A DNA stretch of 64,000 bases from Eubacteriales bacterium (GCA_045122255.1 JBGVHJ010000014.1:36719-100718), one strand, 5' to 3'. Positions 7,606-17,960 are shown, counted from the stretch's first letter. Program-made: numbers and translations. The notes: generated from the sequence alone by a model not told the origin.

Positions 7606-8793
7606 ATGGCAAACGCGATATCAAATACCGTAGCATTGCAAACACCGGAATGCAGCGCTCCGTTAAAAGAAGAACGGAATATGGGAGTAGAGCTTTTCCG
7701 TGTCATATCTATGATTATGGTGGTTATGCTTCACGTGTTGGGACACGGAGGCGTATACTCTCACGCAGGAGTGCTTACCGATAATTATAAGGTTGCTTGG
7801 TTTCTTGAAACTCTGGCATATTGCTCGGTTAACTGCTACGCGCTGATTTCCGGCTTCGCAAACGTAAAATCGAGTTTTAAGTTCAGAAGAATAGTATATC
7901 TTTGGCTTGAGGTCGTAACGCTCAACGTAGGCCTCACATTGGTTATGCATTTCCTCGTTCCTACGGCGACCGTAACAGAGGATTATTGGCTTCGAGCATT
8001 CTTTCCGCTGGTAAGACGTGCTTTTTGGTATTTCTGCGCCTACTTCTTTATGTTTCCGTTGATCCCGATTCTTAACAAAGGCATCCTTTCGCTCAAGAAG
8101 CATCAGCACATAATTGTCTGCTTTATGCTTATGGCTCCGTCAGTGTTCCGAATCATAATGAAGAAGGATAACTACGTTTTGGGAAGCGGATATTCCGCGC
8201 TATGGTTGATTTGTCTTTACGTTATAGGCGCGTACTTCCGTATTTACGGCGCTCCAAAATGGGCAAAATGGTTTGTAACACTTCCCACGTTCTTTATCGC
8301 CACCTTTGTGGCATGGTATAATAAAATACATATCGAAAATATGTATGCGGAAAAGCTCATTGCCAAGGACTCGCCGATTTACGAAAACAGAGGCATACTC
8401 ATAAGCTATATTTCTCCTTGTATGGTAATAATGGCGGTATCTCTCCTTATGTTCTTTATGCAGATAAAGATAAAGCATAAGGCGCCCAAGGTAATAATAT
8501 CCAATCTTGGAAAAGCAACCTTCGGCGTGTTTATTCTGCACGTTGGAGCGGCATTTTGGTATTGGAGTGACTTCTGGAAGCAGTTCAATGCTTTTGGAAA
8601 AGCGACCACCGTATGGGGAATGCTTTGGAGGGTTTTGGTTGCCGTATTGTTTATATATCTCTCGGCATCACTGATAAGTCTTGCAAGAATATACCTGTTT
8701 AAGCTTTTACGAATACATAAGGGTGTGGATTTTCTGGCAGAACTTCCCCCGAAAATAATTAAAAAGATAAAAGATAAAAAGGGTAGCAAATAG
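7606..8793 (+). CDS. Acyltransferase 3 family membrane O-acyltransferase
   Basis: ERNxGVELFRVISMIMVVxxH, YALISG, WYF and TFGVFILH motifs; multiple TM segments. Confidence 0.88.
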   Translation: MANAISNTVALQTPECSAPLKEERNMGVELFRVISMIMVVMLHVLGHGGVYSHAGVLTDNYKVAWFLETLAYCSVNCYALISGFANVKSSFKFRRIVYLWLEVVTLNVGLTLVMHFLVPTATVTEDYWLRAFFPLVRRAFWYFCAYFFMFPLIPILNKGILSLKKHQHIIVCFMLMAPSVFRIIMKKDNYVLGSGYSALWLICLYVIGAYFRIYGAPKWAKWFVTLPTFFIATFVAWYNKIHIENMYAEKLIAKDSPIYENRGILISYISPCMVIMAVSLLMFFMQIKIKHKAPKVIISNLGKATFGVFILHVGAAFWYWSDFWKQFNAFGKATTVWGMLWRVLVAVLFIYLSASLISLARIYLFKLLRIHKGVDFLAELPPKIIKKIKDKKGSK

Positions 8794-8829
8794 GCAATAT
8801 TTTATGTTTTAACAAATACCCCTATAATT

Positions 8830-8859
8830 AAAAGGTCGTCGATATCAGACGACCTTTTT
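8830..8859 (+). terminator. Rho-independent terminator
   Basis: AAAAGGTCGTC-N7-GACGACCTTTTT. Confidence 0.8.
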
Positions 8860-8877
8860 CTATAAAAAAACAAAGTA

Positions 8878-8903
8878 ACATTCACCCAATTTCGACATAG
8901 AAT
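8878..8903 (+). promoter_or_regulatory. Candidate sigma-K/sigma-E (mother cell) promoter
   Basis: AC-N16-CATAGAAT. Confidence 0.4.
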
Positions 8904-8956
8904 GTTATTGAGGAAAGCAGTTTACTCTTTCCAAAAAACATATAGGGGGAAATTTT

Positions 8957-9799
8957 ATGCAAGATAACAGATTTTCATGCGGCCCCGGCAAAGGCTTGGA
9001 AACTGTTTGTATAGAAACTAACAGAATACTTGACTCTTGCAGAGACCGTGATTGCTTTGAAAATGCCAAAGTCTTTCTCACTGACTTTGGCAAAGAAATA
9101 ATTGACCACACCGGTACGGTAAGAGTCAAGAGTGCTTGTATCGCGGAAACGCGCATTACTCTTGATCCCGTACAGTTCAACAGAGGATTTTACACCGTTA
9201 ATATCCGTTATTTCGTAAAGCTTACCTTTGAGGCTTGCATCGGAAACGGTCGCTCTCAGGAGTTTGAGGGTGTGGCGGTGCTCGACAAGAAGGTTATACT
9301 TTATGGCGGAGATTGCAACGTAAGCACCTTCCGCACAGGCGGCGACGTGGCTGATTTCTGCGCTCACGTAACGCCTTGCTGCAAGGAAAACAACCTTCCC
9401 ACAGCGGTTGTAGAGGTCGTTGATCCCATAATTCTGGGTGTCAACGTCCTTGAAAACGTTAACGATTGTTGTTGCTGCTGTTGCTGTGCTCACGACATTC
9501 CCGAGACTGTTGCGGGTAGTATGAACGGGAATCTTTACTACGACGACGATGAAAGAAGATACCTTGCCGTATCGGTAGGCATTTTCTCTATCGTAAGAAT
9601 AGTCCGTCCCGCACAGCTTTTGGTTTCTGCCAGTGAATATGTCATTCCCGATAAGGAATGCATCTCGCCCAGAGAGGACGATCCCTGCAGCGTATTCCGT
9701 TCAATGGCATTCCCGATCTCCGAGTTTTCCTGCTCGACAGCTACCGGGACACCTCACACCGGACACGACAAGGGCAACGGCGGCAAATGCGGCTGCTGA
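8957..9799 (+). CDS. Cysteine-rich conserved clostridial protein, probable spore coat/exosporium component
   Basis: CIETNRILDSCRDRDCFE start, run of seven Cys, GGGGG RBS, mother-cell-type promoter. Confidence 0.65.
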   Translation: MQDNRFSCGPGKGLETVCIETNRILDSCRDRDCFENAKVFLTDFGKEIIDHTGTVRVKSACIAETRITLDPVQFNRGFYTVNIRYFVKLTFEACIGNGRSQEFEGVAVLDKKVILYGGDCNVSTFRTGGDVADFCAHVTPCCKENNLPTAVVEVVDPIILGVNVLENVNDCCCCCCCAHDIPETVAGSMNGNLYYDDDERRYLAVSVGIFSIVRIVRPAQLLVSASEYVIPDKECISPREDDPCSVFRSMAFPISEFSCSTATGTPHTGHDKGNGGKCGC

Positions 9800-9821
9800 T
9801 ATTATCTGAATATTAAAAATC

Positions 9822-9854
9822 ACGGTTGCGCACCAAGTGTACGCAACCGTTTTT
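9822..9854. terminator. Bidirectional terminator
   Basis: ACGGTTGCG...CGCAACCGT with A- and T-tracts, between convergent genes. Confidence 0.8.
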
Positions 9855-9866
9855 ATCATTAAAATA

Positions 9867-10619
9867 TTATGTTTTACTTTGCTCCTGTGCCGTTGCGCGA
9901 TATTTTAGCGGAGAAAGCCCCACACGCTTTTTGAATACTCTTGAAAAATAGTTCGCGTCATCCAAGCCTACCATTGAAGCAATATCAGAGCAGGGAAGCG
10001 AGGTCTCGATAAGTAGCTTTTTGGATTCGGAGATTCGAATGTCGATGAGATATTGTACAATAGATTTGCCAAAGGATTTTTTGAATTCGCTTTCACAGTA
10101 GGCAACCGAAAAAAACGTTTCTCTGCTTATGTCATCGAGTGTAATGTGTTTACTGTAATTGCAAATAAGGTAGTTGGCGATCTGTATTGAAAGCGGAGTT
10201 TTGCTGCTTGCCATCAGATCATCCATTATCTGCATGATCAAGGCTTCAAAAAGAATGTTTAGCTTTTTCAGATTGATATTCGTCGGATTTTTGTGCTCGG
10301 CGTCAAAATATGCGAGAAGAAGCCGTATCTCATCGGTGATGCCACCGGGAATATAATGCTGAAGCACCAAACGCGTATCGGTATGAAAGTTCATGCTTAC
10401 GTAATCGTTATTTCCGTCGCAAATGTCTCGCTGGCGCATACTTTCCGGTGGAAGGTAGATTATATCTCCGCTTGTCATTTCATATTTCTCGCCGTTTATG
10501 TAATAAAACATTTTGCCATCGATAAGAAATGTCAACTCATGAAATTTGATCTGGTGGTTATCAATATTTTTTTGCGGTCCGTATTCATTGTGTCTATAAT
10601 AAAAAATATCCTCTATCAC
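9867..10619 (-). CDS. AraC-family regulator (cupin + HTH); probable start GTG 10619
   Basis: FHELTF cupin; IASMVGLDDANYFSRVFKKRVGLSP; AGGAG RBS; divergent from the sugar operon. Confidence 0.9.
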   Translation of the reverse strand: MIEDIFYYRHNEYGPQKNIDNHQIKFHELTFLIDGKMFYYINGEKYEMTSGDIIYLPPESMRQRDICDGNNDYVSMNFHTDTRLVLQHYIPGGITDEIRLLLAYFDAEHKNPTNINLKKLNILFEALIMQIMDDLMASSKTPLSIQIANYLICNYSKHITLDDISRETFFSVAYCESEFKKSFGKSIVQYLIDIRISESKKLLIETSLPCSDIASMVGLDDANYFSRVFKKRVGLSPLKYRATAQEQSKT

Positions 10620-10776
10620 AGTCTCATTAACTCCTAAAATATAAGAAAATGCTAAAAATAAAGCAAAAAATACTAATATTTCTATTGATTTTATTTTAAA
10701 AAGTGCTATAATTATTATAGCACGGCAATTTACGATTGTCAATAAGCTTAAAAATATTTTTTCAAAGGAGTTATTT

Positions 10777-11601
10777 ATGAAAAAAGTATGTGTTGTAACA
10801 GGTGCAGGCGGCGTGCTCTGCGCGGAATTTGCAAAAGAGATGTCCAAAAACGGATATGCTGTAGCTCTTCTTGATATAAATGAGGATGCGGCTCGTGCGG
10901 TTGCAGACGAGATCTGCGCTGACGGTGGCGTTGCAAAGGCATACAAGACAAACGTTCTTGATAAAGAGTGTATTGTTGACGTTCACAATAAGGTTCTGGC
11001 AGAGCTCGGTAAGTGCACCGTCCTCATTAACGGTGCAGGCGGAAACAGTCCCAAGGCTACTACCGTTCACGAATATTTTGAGCCCGGAGATGAGAGTCGC
11101 GAGGATATTCTCACATTCTTCAACCTCAACGAAGCAGGATTTGATTTTGTATTTGACCTGAATATGAAGGGTGTTCTTTTGCCCACTCAGGTATTTGCAA
11201 AGGATATGATCGGCGAAGAGGGATGCTCTATTATAAACATTTCTTCTATGAATGCGTATACTCCTCTCACCAAGATCCCCGCATACAGCTCGGCAAAGGC
11301 GGCTGTTTCTAACTTCACTCAGTGGCTCGCGGTTCACTTTGCTAAGGAGGGAATCAGAGTCAACGCTATAGCTCCCGGCTTCTTCTCGACTAATCAGAAC
11401 AGAGCGCTCCTCTGGAATGAAGACGGCACTCCTACCGCGAGAACCGGCAAGATCCTTGCGGCTACTCCTATGGGTAGATTCGGTGAGGCTCACGAGCTTC
11501 TCGGTGTCCTGAAATTCCTTGCTGATCCTTCTGCTTCTTCCTTCGTAACCGGAACAGTTATTCCCGTTGACGGTGGATTCTCTGCATATTCCGGAGTATA
11601 A
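10777..11601 (+). CDS. SDR oxidoreductase, D-mannonate oxidoreductase (UxuB)/gluconate 5-dehydrogenase-like
   Basis: TGAGGVL, NGAGGN, YSSAK and RVNAIAPG motifs. Confidence 0.88.
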   Translation: MKKVCVVTGAGGVLCAEFAKEMSKNGYAVALLDINEDAARAVADEICADGGVAKAYKTNVLDKECIVDVHNKVLAELGKCTVLINGAGGNSPKATTVHEYFEPGDESREDILTFFNLNEAGFDFVFDLNMKGVLLPTQVFAKDMIGEEGCSIINISSMNAYTPLTKIPAYSSAKAAVSNFTQWLAVHFAKEGIRVNAIAPGFFSTNQNRALLWNEDGTPTARTGKILAATPMGRFGEAHELLGVLKFLADPSASSFVTGTVIPVDGGFSAYSGV

Positions 11602-11627
11602 TTTTTCATAATAAAGAGGACTTTCTT

Positions 11628-12482
11628 ATGAATACCGAAAAAATAAGACTCTGTGCCTTTGCCGACGAAGCTGATCCCATGCTGGACGGACAGATTGAGG
11701 CGATGGTAGAGAACGGCATCTCTTTGCTTGAGATAAGAGGTGTGGATAAGAAGAATATCAGCGCGGTAACCCCTGCTGAGGCTATCGAAATAAAGAAAAA
11801 GCTTGATTTTTCCGGAATTTCCACGTGGTCGATCGGTTCTCCCGCAGGTAAGATCAAGATAGACGATGATTTCAATAAAGAAATCGAGACGTTTAAGCGT
11901 ATGCTTGAGGTCGGTGCGGTGCTTGATGCTAAATGTATGCGTCTGTTCAGCTTCTTCGGAACCAATGGCAAGGCGGAATATTTTGATGCTGTATGTGAGA
12001 AATTGAATAAATACGTTGAGCTTTGCAAGCCTTACGGAATTGTTCCTTGCCATGAAAATGAAAAGAGCATTTACGGCGAGGATGCCGCTCGATGCCTTGA
12101 AATACTCAAGGCGGTGCCGGGGCTCAAGGCGGTCTTTGACCCCGCTAACTTCGTTCAGTGCGGTCAGGATACTCTCGAGGCTTGGGATATGCTCAAGGAA
12201 TACGTTTATTACGGTCATATCAAGGATGCAGATAAAGATGGCAACGTTGTTCCTCCCGGATGTGGTATAGGTCATATAGCCGAATATCTGCCTGATTTTG
12301 TTGATCGCGGATGCAGCGTTCTTACTCTTGAGCCCCATCTTTCCGAATTCGTCGGTCTCCAAGATCTTGAAGAAGAGGGCGCGAGAAGCAACGTCAGCAA
12401 GCTTTCATTTGCCAACAACCGCGAAAGCTTTGACTATGCCGTCAATTCTTTGAAAGTTATTATAGACAGAATAAATATTTAA
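11628..12482 (+). CDS. Sugar phosphate isomerase/epimerase (AP_endonuc_2 TIM barrel)
   Basis: AFADE, HENE, FDPAN, HIKD and LEPH motifs. Confidence 0.88.
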   Translation: MNTEKIRLCAFADEADPMLDGQIEAMVENGISLLEIRGVDKKNISAVTPAEAIEIKKKLDFSGISTWSIGSPAGKIKIDDDFNKEIETFKRMLEVGAVLDAKCMRLFSFFGTNGKAEYFDAVCEKLNKYVELCKPYGIVPCHENEKSIYGEDAARCLEILKAVPGLKAVFDPANFVQCGQDTLEAWDMLKEYVYYGHIKDADKDGNVVPPGCGIGHIAEYLPDFVDRGCSVLTLEPHLSEFVGLQDLEEEGARSNVSKLSFANNRESFDYAVNSLKVIIDRINI

Positions 12483-12500
12483 ATCAACGGAGGGAAAAAC

Positions 12501-13268
12501 ATGAAATTAGGAGCTCAGTTTTTTACATTGAGAGATTCTTGTAAGGATCTTGCAGGACTCGAAGAAACGATGAAAAAGGTAGCGGATATCGGTTATACAT
12601 CGATCCAGCTTTCGGGCGTTTGTGCATACGACGGCGAGTGGGTGGCTGAAAAGGCTAAAGAAATCGGTATCACGGTTGACATCACTCACTATGCTTACGA
12701 TAAGATCATAAACGACATTGACAATACCATCAAGCAGCACTCTGCCATGAGCTGCAAGTGTATCGGAATAGGCTCCAGCCCTTATGATAAGAACCAGGCG
12801 GGACTTGACCGACTTGTTAGCGAGATCGCCCCTGTCATCCCTAAGATAACGGCTGCAGGTCATAAGCTGATGTATCATAACCACCACTGGGAGTTTGCAA
12901 AGCTCGAAAACGGAAAGCTTTTCATTGAAGAGCTTTGCGATAAGTTCACTCCCGAGGAGCTCGGCATTACGCTTGATACTTATTGGGTTCAGGCGGCAGG
13001 TGGAGATCCGACGGTATGGATCAAGAAGCTTCACGGACGAATCGATCGTATCCATTTCAAGGATATGGCAATGAATATGACCGATAAAGCCGTAAGATTT
13101 GCCCCCATCGGCGAAGGTAATATGAACTATGACGGTATCATTCAGGCTTGTCTTGATGAAAATATCGAGTACGGTTACGTTGAGCTTGATAACTGTTACG
13201 GTGAAGATCCCTTTGACTGGATGAAGAGAAGTTACGATTTCCTTAATAAGAGATATGGACTCAACTAA
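12501..13268 (+). CDS. Sugar phosphate isomerase/epimerase (AP_endonuc_2 TIM barrel)
   Basis: YHNHHWEF, LDTYW, HFKD and VELD motifs. Confidence 0.88.
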   Translation: MKLGAQFFTLRDSCKDLAGLEETMKKVADIGYTSIQLSGVCAYDGEWVAEKAKEIGITVDITHYAYDKIINDIDNTIKQHSAMSCKCIGIGSSPYDKNQAGLDRLVSEIAPVIPKITAAGHKLMYHNHHWEFAKLENGKLFIEELCDKFTPEELGITLDTYWVQAAGGDPTVWIKKLHGRIDRIHFKDMAMNMTDKAVRFAPIGEGNMNYDGIIQACLDENIEYGYVELDNCYGEDPFDWMKRSYDFLNKRYGLN

Positions 13269-13299
13269 TCAAAAAGCTTAGTCTTTTGGAGAATTTTCT

Positions 13300-14505
13300 A
13301 TGAAAAAAATAAGACTTGGAATAATCGGATGCGGAAACATCGGATCTCAGCATTATTCCAACGTTTTAAACGGCAGATGTCCCGAGATCGACGTTGTGGC
13401 GATAGCCGACGTAAATCCTGACCGACTTGATTGGGCTAAAAGCCTTTGCCAAAAGTACAGAGATCAGAATTCTAATATTCCGGAAGTACAACTGTTTTCC
13501 GATGCATCCGAAATGCTTGCAAGCGGGTTGATTGAAGCGGTGATCATTTCGGTTCCGCATTACGATCATCCGAGATATGCCATAGAAGCATTCAAATGCG
13601 GTGTTCACGTTATGTGTGAAAAGCCTGCGGGAGTTTACACTTTGCAGGTAAGAGATATGATCGCGGAAGCGGACAGGCATCCCGAGCTTAAATTCGGCAT
13701 GATGTTCAACCAACGCACCAACTGTCTCTATCGCAAGATGAAGGAGATAATCGACAGCGGAGAGCTTGGCGAAATGAAGAGATCAACTTGGATAATTACC
13801 AATTGGTACCGTTCACAAGCTTACTATAATTCCGGCGAATGGAGAGCGACCTGGGCAGGCGAAGGCGGCGGTGTGCTGCTTAATCAGTGCCCACATAATC
13901 TTGATCTTTGGCAGTGGCTATGCGGAATGCCCACTAAAGTTTATGCTAAAATGCAGTTCGGTAAATATCACGACATAGAGGTTGAGGATGACGTTGTTGC
14001 GACGGTTGAATATAAAAACGGCGCTTTCGGTACGTTTATAACCTCAACCGCCGATACTCCCGGAACTAACCGCCTTGAAATTACCTTTGACGGCGGATCG
14101 CTTATCTGTGAAAAGAATCAGCTGATTCTCAACAGGCTTGGTGTGCGTGAGTCGGTGTTTACTAAGGAAAACACGTCGCCGTATGCATCACCGAAGTGTG
14201 ATACAAGTATCGTTGAGACGGACGGATCAAACCTGCAGCACGTGGGTGTGCTTAATGCCTTTGCGGCATCTATCCTTCGTGGAGAGCCCCTTGTGGCGGA
14301 CGGCAGAGAGGGAATCAATGCATTGATGTTGTCCAACGCTATGCATCTGTCTGCGTGGACGGGCAGAGAGGTCGAGTTTCCTTTCGACGAGCAGCTTTTC
14401 AAGGACCTTCTTGATGAGCGAATAAAGACATCTAAGAGCAAGGAAAACGTAAAATACGTCTTTTCTGAATTTGACAAAAATCACGGAAACCTTTGTTTCC
14501 TTTAA
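13300..14505 (+). CDS. Gfo/Idh/MocA oxidoreductase
   Basis: GIIGCGNIG, CEKP and GGGVLLNQCPH motifs. Confidence 0.92.
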   Translation: MKKIRLGIIGCGNIGSQHYSNVLNGRCPEIDVVAIADVNPDRLDWAKSLCQKYRDQNSNIPEVQLFSDASEMLASGLIEAVIISVPHYDHPRYAIEAFKCGVHVMCEKPAGVYTLQVRDMIAEADRHPELKFGMMFNQRTNCLYRKMKEIIDSGELGEMKRSTWIITNWYRSQAYYNSGEWRATWAGEGGGVLLNQCPHNLDLWQWLCGMPTKVYAKMQFGKYHDIEVEDDVVATVEYKNGAFGTFITSTADTPGTNRLEITFDGGSLICEKNQLILNRLGVRESVFTKENTSPYASPKCDTSIVETDGSNLQHVGVLNAFAASILRGEPLVADGREGINALMLSNAMHLSAWTGREVEFPFDEQLFKDLLDERIKTSKSKENVKYVFSEFDKNHGNLCFL

Positions 14506-14519
14506 CATGGAGAAAAACT

Positions 14520-15725
14520 ATGAGACAGGTTAAATTAGGTATAATCGGCATGGGCAATATGGGCTCAGGCCATCTCAAGGGCATTATTGCTGAAGAAGGC
14601 TGCGAGATAGTAGTAACTGCCATTGCAGATCGAGTAGAAGCTAAGATAGAGGCTTGCAAAAAGGTGATCAACGATCATAATGCAGCTCATCCCGAGCGTC
14701 AGATCGCAATGCCTGCAACCTTTTCCGAAGGTATCGATCTTATAAAAAGCGGCGAGTGTGAGGCAATACTTATTGCGGTGCCTCACTACGATCACCCCAC
14801 CCTTGCCATCGAGGGCTTCAAGGCAGGACTTCACGTTATGTGTGAAAAGCCTGCGGGAGTTTATACGCTTCAGGTACGTGATATGATGGCTGAGGCTGAC
14901 AAGCATCCCGAGCTTAAATTCGGTATGATGTTTAATCAGAGAACAAATTGCCTTTTCCGCAAGATGAAAGAAATAATCGACAGCGGTGAGCTTGGCGAGA
15001 TCAGACGTACCAACTGGATCATTACAGATTGGTACCGTCCTCAGGCTTATTACGATTCAGGTGATTGGAGAGCAACCTGGTCGGGAGAGGGCGGTGGAGT
15101 TCTTCTCAATCAGTGCCCCCACAATCTTGACCTTTGGCAGTGGATCTGCGGAATGCCCGTATACGTTGATGCGAAAATGAGCTTCGGCAGACTTCACGAC
15201 GTTGAGATAGAGGATGAGGTTACCGCATTCGTAAGATATGCAAACGGTGCAACCGGTAGCTTTATTACTACCACCGGTGAAGCTCCCGGCACAAACCGCT
15301 TTGAGATAGTATGTGACGGCGGTACCATCGTTTGTGACGACGGCAGACTTATTCTGAAAAAGCTCGAGGTGCCCGAATCCGAGTTTACCAAGACAAATAA
15401 GGTGGCATTTGGCGTTCCCAAGTGTACCAGAAGCGTAGTTGAGACCGACGGTCAGAATCCTCAGCATAAGGCGGTCAGGAACGCCTTTGCGGCTGCAATC
15501 CTTCGCGATGAGCCTATGATTGCCGATGGAAGAGAGGGAATTAACGGCCTTATGATCTCCAATGCTATGCATCTTTCGGCATGGACCGGTAAGCCCGTTG
15601 AGCTTCCTTTCGACGAGCAACAGTTCAAGGATCTGCTTGACGAGCACATCAAGACCTCAAGACGCAAGGTCACTGTGGCTCCCACTACGGTTCAGGATCT
15701 TTCCGGAACTTACGGCTCAAAGTAA
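14520..15725 (+). CDS. Gfo/Idh/MocA oxidoreductase (paralog of the previous gene)
   Basis: Same motifs; GGAG RBS before ATG 14520. Confidence 0.92.
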   Translation: MRQVKLGIIGMGNMGSGHLKGIIAEEGCEIVVTAIADRVEAKIEACKKVINDHNAAHPERQIAMPATFSEGIDLIKSGECEAILIAVPHYDHPTLAIEGFKAGLHVMCEKPAGVYTLQVRDMMAEADKHPELKFGMMFNQRTNCLFRKMKEIIDSGELGEIRRTNWIITDWYRPQAYYDSGDWRATWSGEGGGVLLNQCPHNLDLWQWICGMPVYVDAKMSFGRLHDVEIEDEVTAFVRYANGATGSFITTTGEAPGTNRFEIVCDGGTIVCDDGRLILKKLEVPESEFTKTNKVAFGVPKCTRSVVETDGQNPQHKAVRNAFAAAILRDEPMIADGREGINGLMISNAMHLSAWTGKPVELPFDEQQFKDLLDEHIKTSRRKVTVAPTTVQDLSGTYGSK

Positions 15726-15740
15726 AATCACATAATATTC

Positions 15741-15770
15741 AACACCTCGCCGATTAAGGCGAGGTGTTGT
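15741..15770 (+). terminator. Terminator hairpin
   Basis: AACACCTCGCC-N6-GGCGAGGTGTT. Confidence 0.75.
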
Positions 15771-15904
15771 TGAGTTATACGGAATAACAAAGCAAAATCG
15801 GTCAAACAAGTTAATTTTTATACTTGACATAGCAGATGTAATATGTTAAAATTTACTTATGGACATAGAATTTTTGTTCAAAAAATGTGTTTGAGGTTTT
15901 GAAA

Positions 15905-17911
15905 ATGAGCTTTGTACCTGAGAATATTAAATTAGTTTACAATGGAGCATCCAATGAGACAATAGCCGTTTCGGAAAACGGGGTTGCGGTTGGAGAAAAA
16001 GCAAAAATAGTCCTCAAGGTTGATGAAAGCGGAATAGTGACTCCTGTGTTAACTGCGCTTGAGGACATAGCGCCGAATTATATGAACATAGAATTCAAGA
16101 TTCCAAAGGAGGCGCTCGGAGAAGATCTTTATTACTATTATGCTACCTTTACAACCAATGATATAGCGTCCGTATTTCAACACAGTCAAAAGCCTAAAAA
16201 TGATATGAAGGACCTGTTCATGGCTAAAAATGTTGTTTCAGGCGCGAATTTCAATATCGGTCTTTTAACCGCGCATAGATTTTTCTCCTTGTTCAGGCTT
16301 GAAAATGATACCGTGTCGGTTCACTATGATCTTGAAAACAGGCTGATTCCCAAAGATACAGAGATAAAGCTCGAAAGCTTTGTCTACGGTACTGAAAATG
16401 AGAATGTTTTCCTCGAAGAGCGATATGCACCGCTTGCGGCAAGACTCAACAATGCAAGACCGCTTGAGAACGTACCCGTAGGCTGGTGTTCCTGGTCATG
16501 CTACTACCGCAAGGTTGATGAGAAAAAGATAACCAATTGTGTCGAGGATATGACACAGGTGAAGGGAACTAACCTTTTTCAGATTGACGACGGCTGGCAG
16601 GTTGATGGCACTTTCCCCGGTGACTGGGAGATCGACCCCGAAAAATTCCCCAACGGACTTGATGAAATCATAAAAAAATGTAACGATAACGGAATGACCT
16701 TCGGTCTGTGGCTCTCTCCGTTCCTGGCGGCAGAAAATTCAGTGTACTACGATAGTGTCAAGCATCTTGTAAGAACCGATATTGTAGCGGGAAATTCCAC
16801 ACCGAATAACATTTATCATCCATTTGATCTTGACAATCCGGAATATTACGAAAAGCTTTATAAAACGTATCATTGGCTTTCACATGAAATGGGTGTAAAG
16901 TATTATAAGCTTGATTTCCTGATATTCGGTTATTTCAGCTTTAAGAGCACTATTCGTTTCAAATCTGATTATAAATCTGCGCTTTTCCGCAAGGTTATAT
17001 CCACTATAAGAGATGCGGTTGGCGACGATGCTATAATGCTTTCGTGCGGATCTCCAATTATCGAATGCGCGGGAATCTTTGATGCGCAAAGAGTTTCGCG
17101 AGATATAATATGCCCTAAGGGACGTCATGATCCGTTCTACTGGCAGCATTGGAGCAATATAAAGAATGCTTCGAAAACAGTATTATATCGTTATTTTTAT
17201 AACAATGTTGTTTTCAAAAATGATCCCGACGGAGTTGTACTGCGTGACTATGACATTGGAGACGGTTTTGATTGCAATTATGCAGAAGCAAGATATTGGT
17301 CAACAATTGTAGCATTTTCGGGCGGTCTTGTGCTCGCAAATGATGAATTCCGAGACCTCAGCAGACCCAGAAAAGAGCTGTTTACAAAGCTGATACCGCC
17401 TCTTGGAATCAGCGGCAAGGCTTTGGATATGTTCGAGTATCCCGCGCCCACCAAGGCTATTATAGATGCCTCAAAAGACACGAAATATATAGCGAGCTTC
17501 AATATGTCGGATAATTTTGTCGACGTAGACGTAAACCTTGCCGACTATGGTATTGAAGGCGATAAGCTGATATTCAGATGCTGGGAGGCAGAATTTGCGG
17601 CGAAGGGAACTTCAATTCATGAAAATCTTGTTAATCCCCACAGCGCGCTTATGTATATGGTCAAGAACGTTCCGATCGAACCTTCATTCATCTATTCAAA
17701 CATAAACGTATATCTCGGTGAAAACGTTTTCAAATCGGAATTTACGGATGGCGGATTGATCATAAGCGTGGATGAACAGTATCGTGAATTTGTGACAGAC
17801 AGCACCAAGGTGTATGCATATTATCCGATAGAATTTGAAAAAGAAATTACACACCATGAAAAGATAGTGTGTAAAAATGATGAGTATATAATTACAGAAT
17901 ATAAAATTTGA
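15905..17911 (+). CDS. GH36-type alpha-galactosidase family glycoside hydrolase
   Basis: GWCSW, QIDDGW, KFPNGL, FGLW, YYKLDF, RVSRD and NDPD motifs. Confidence 0.88.
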   Translation: MSFVPENIKLVYNGASNETIAVSENGVAVGEKAKIVLKVDESGIVTPVLTALEDIAPNYMNIEFKIPKEALGEDLYYYYATFTTNDIASVFQHSQKPKNDMKDLFMAKNVVSGANFNIGLLTAHRFFSLFRLENDTVSVHYDLENRLIPKDTEIKLESFVYGTENENVFLEERYAPLAARLNNARPLENVPVGWCSWSCYYRKVDEKKITNCVEDMTQVKGTNLFQIDDGWQVDGTFPGDWEIDPEKFPNGLDEIIKKCNDNGMTFGLWLSPFLAAENSVYYDSVKHLVRTDIVAGNSTPNNIYHPFDLDNPEYYEKLYKTYHWLSHEMGVKYYKLDFLIFGYFSFKSTIRFKSDYKSALFRKVISTIRDAVGDDAIMLSCGSPIIECAGIFDAQRVSRDIICPKGRHDPFYWQHWSNIKNASKTVLYRYFYNNVVFKNDPDGVVLRDYDIGDGFDCNYAEARYWSTIVAFSGGLVLANDEFRDLSRPRKELFTKLIPPLGISGKALDMFEYPAPTKAIIDASKDTKYIASFNMSDNFVDVDVNLADYGIEGDKLIFRCWEAEFAAKGTSIHENLVNPHSALMYMVKNVPIEPSFIYSNINVYLGENVFKSEFTDGGLIISVDEQYREFVTDSTKVYAYYPIEFEKEITHHEKIVCKNDEYIITEYKI

Positions 17912-17928
17912 CAATATGCAAAATAATA

Positions 17929-17960
17929 ACAGATCGACCCGATTTTCGGGTCGATCTGTA
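17929..17960. terminator. Terminator hairpin
   Basis: ACAGATCGACCCGA/TCGGGTCGATCTGT. Confidence 0.8.

Noticed and set aside
10620-10946. N-terminal extension of the AraC ORF
   Set aside because: It overlaps the divergent SDR gene and promoter region; the RBS supports a start near 10619
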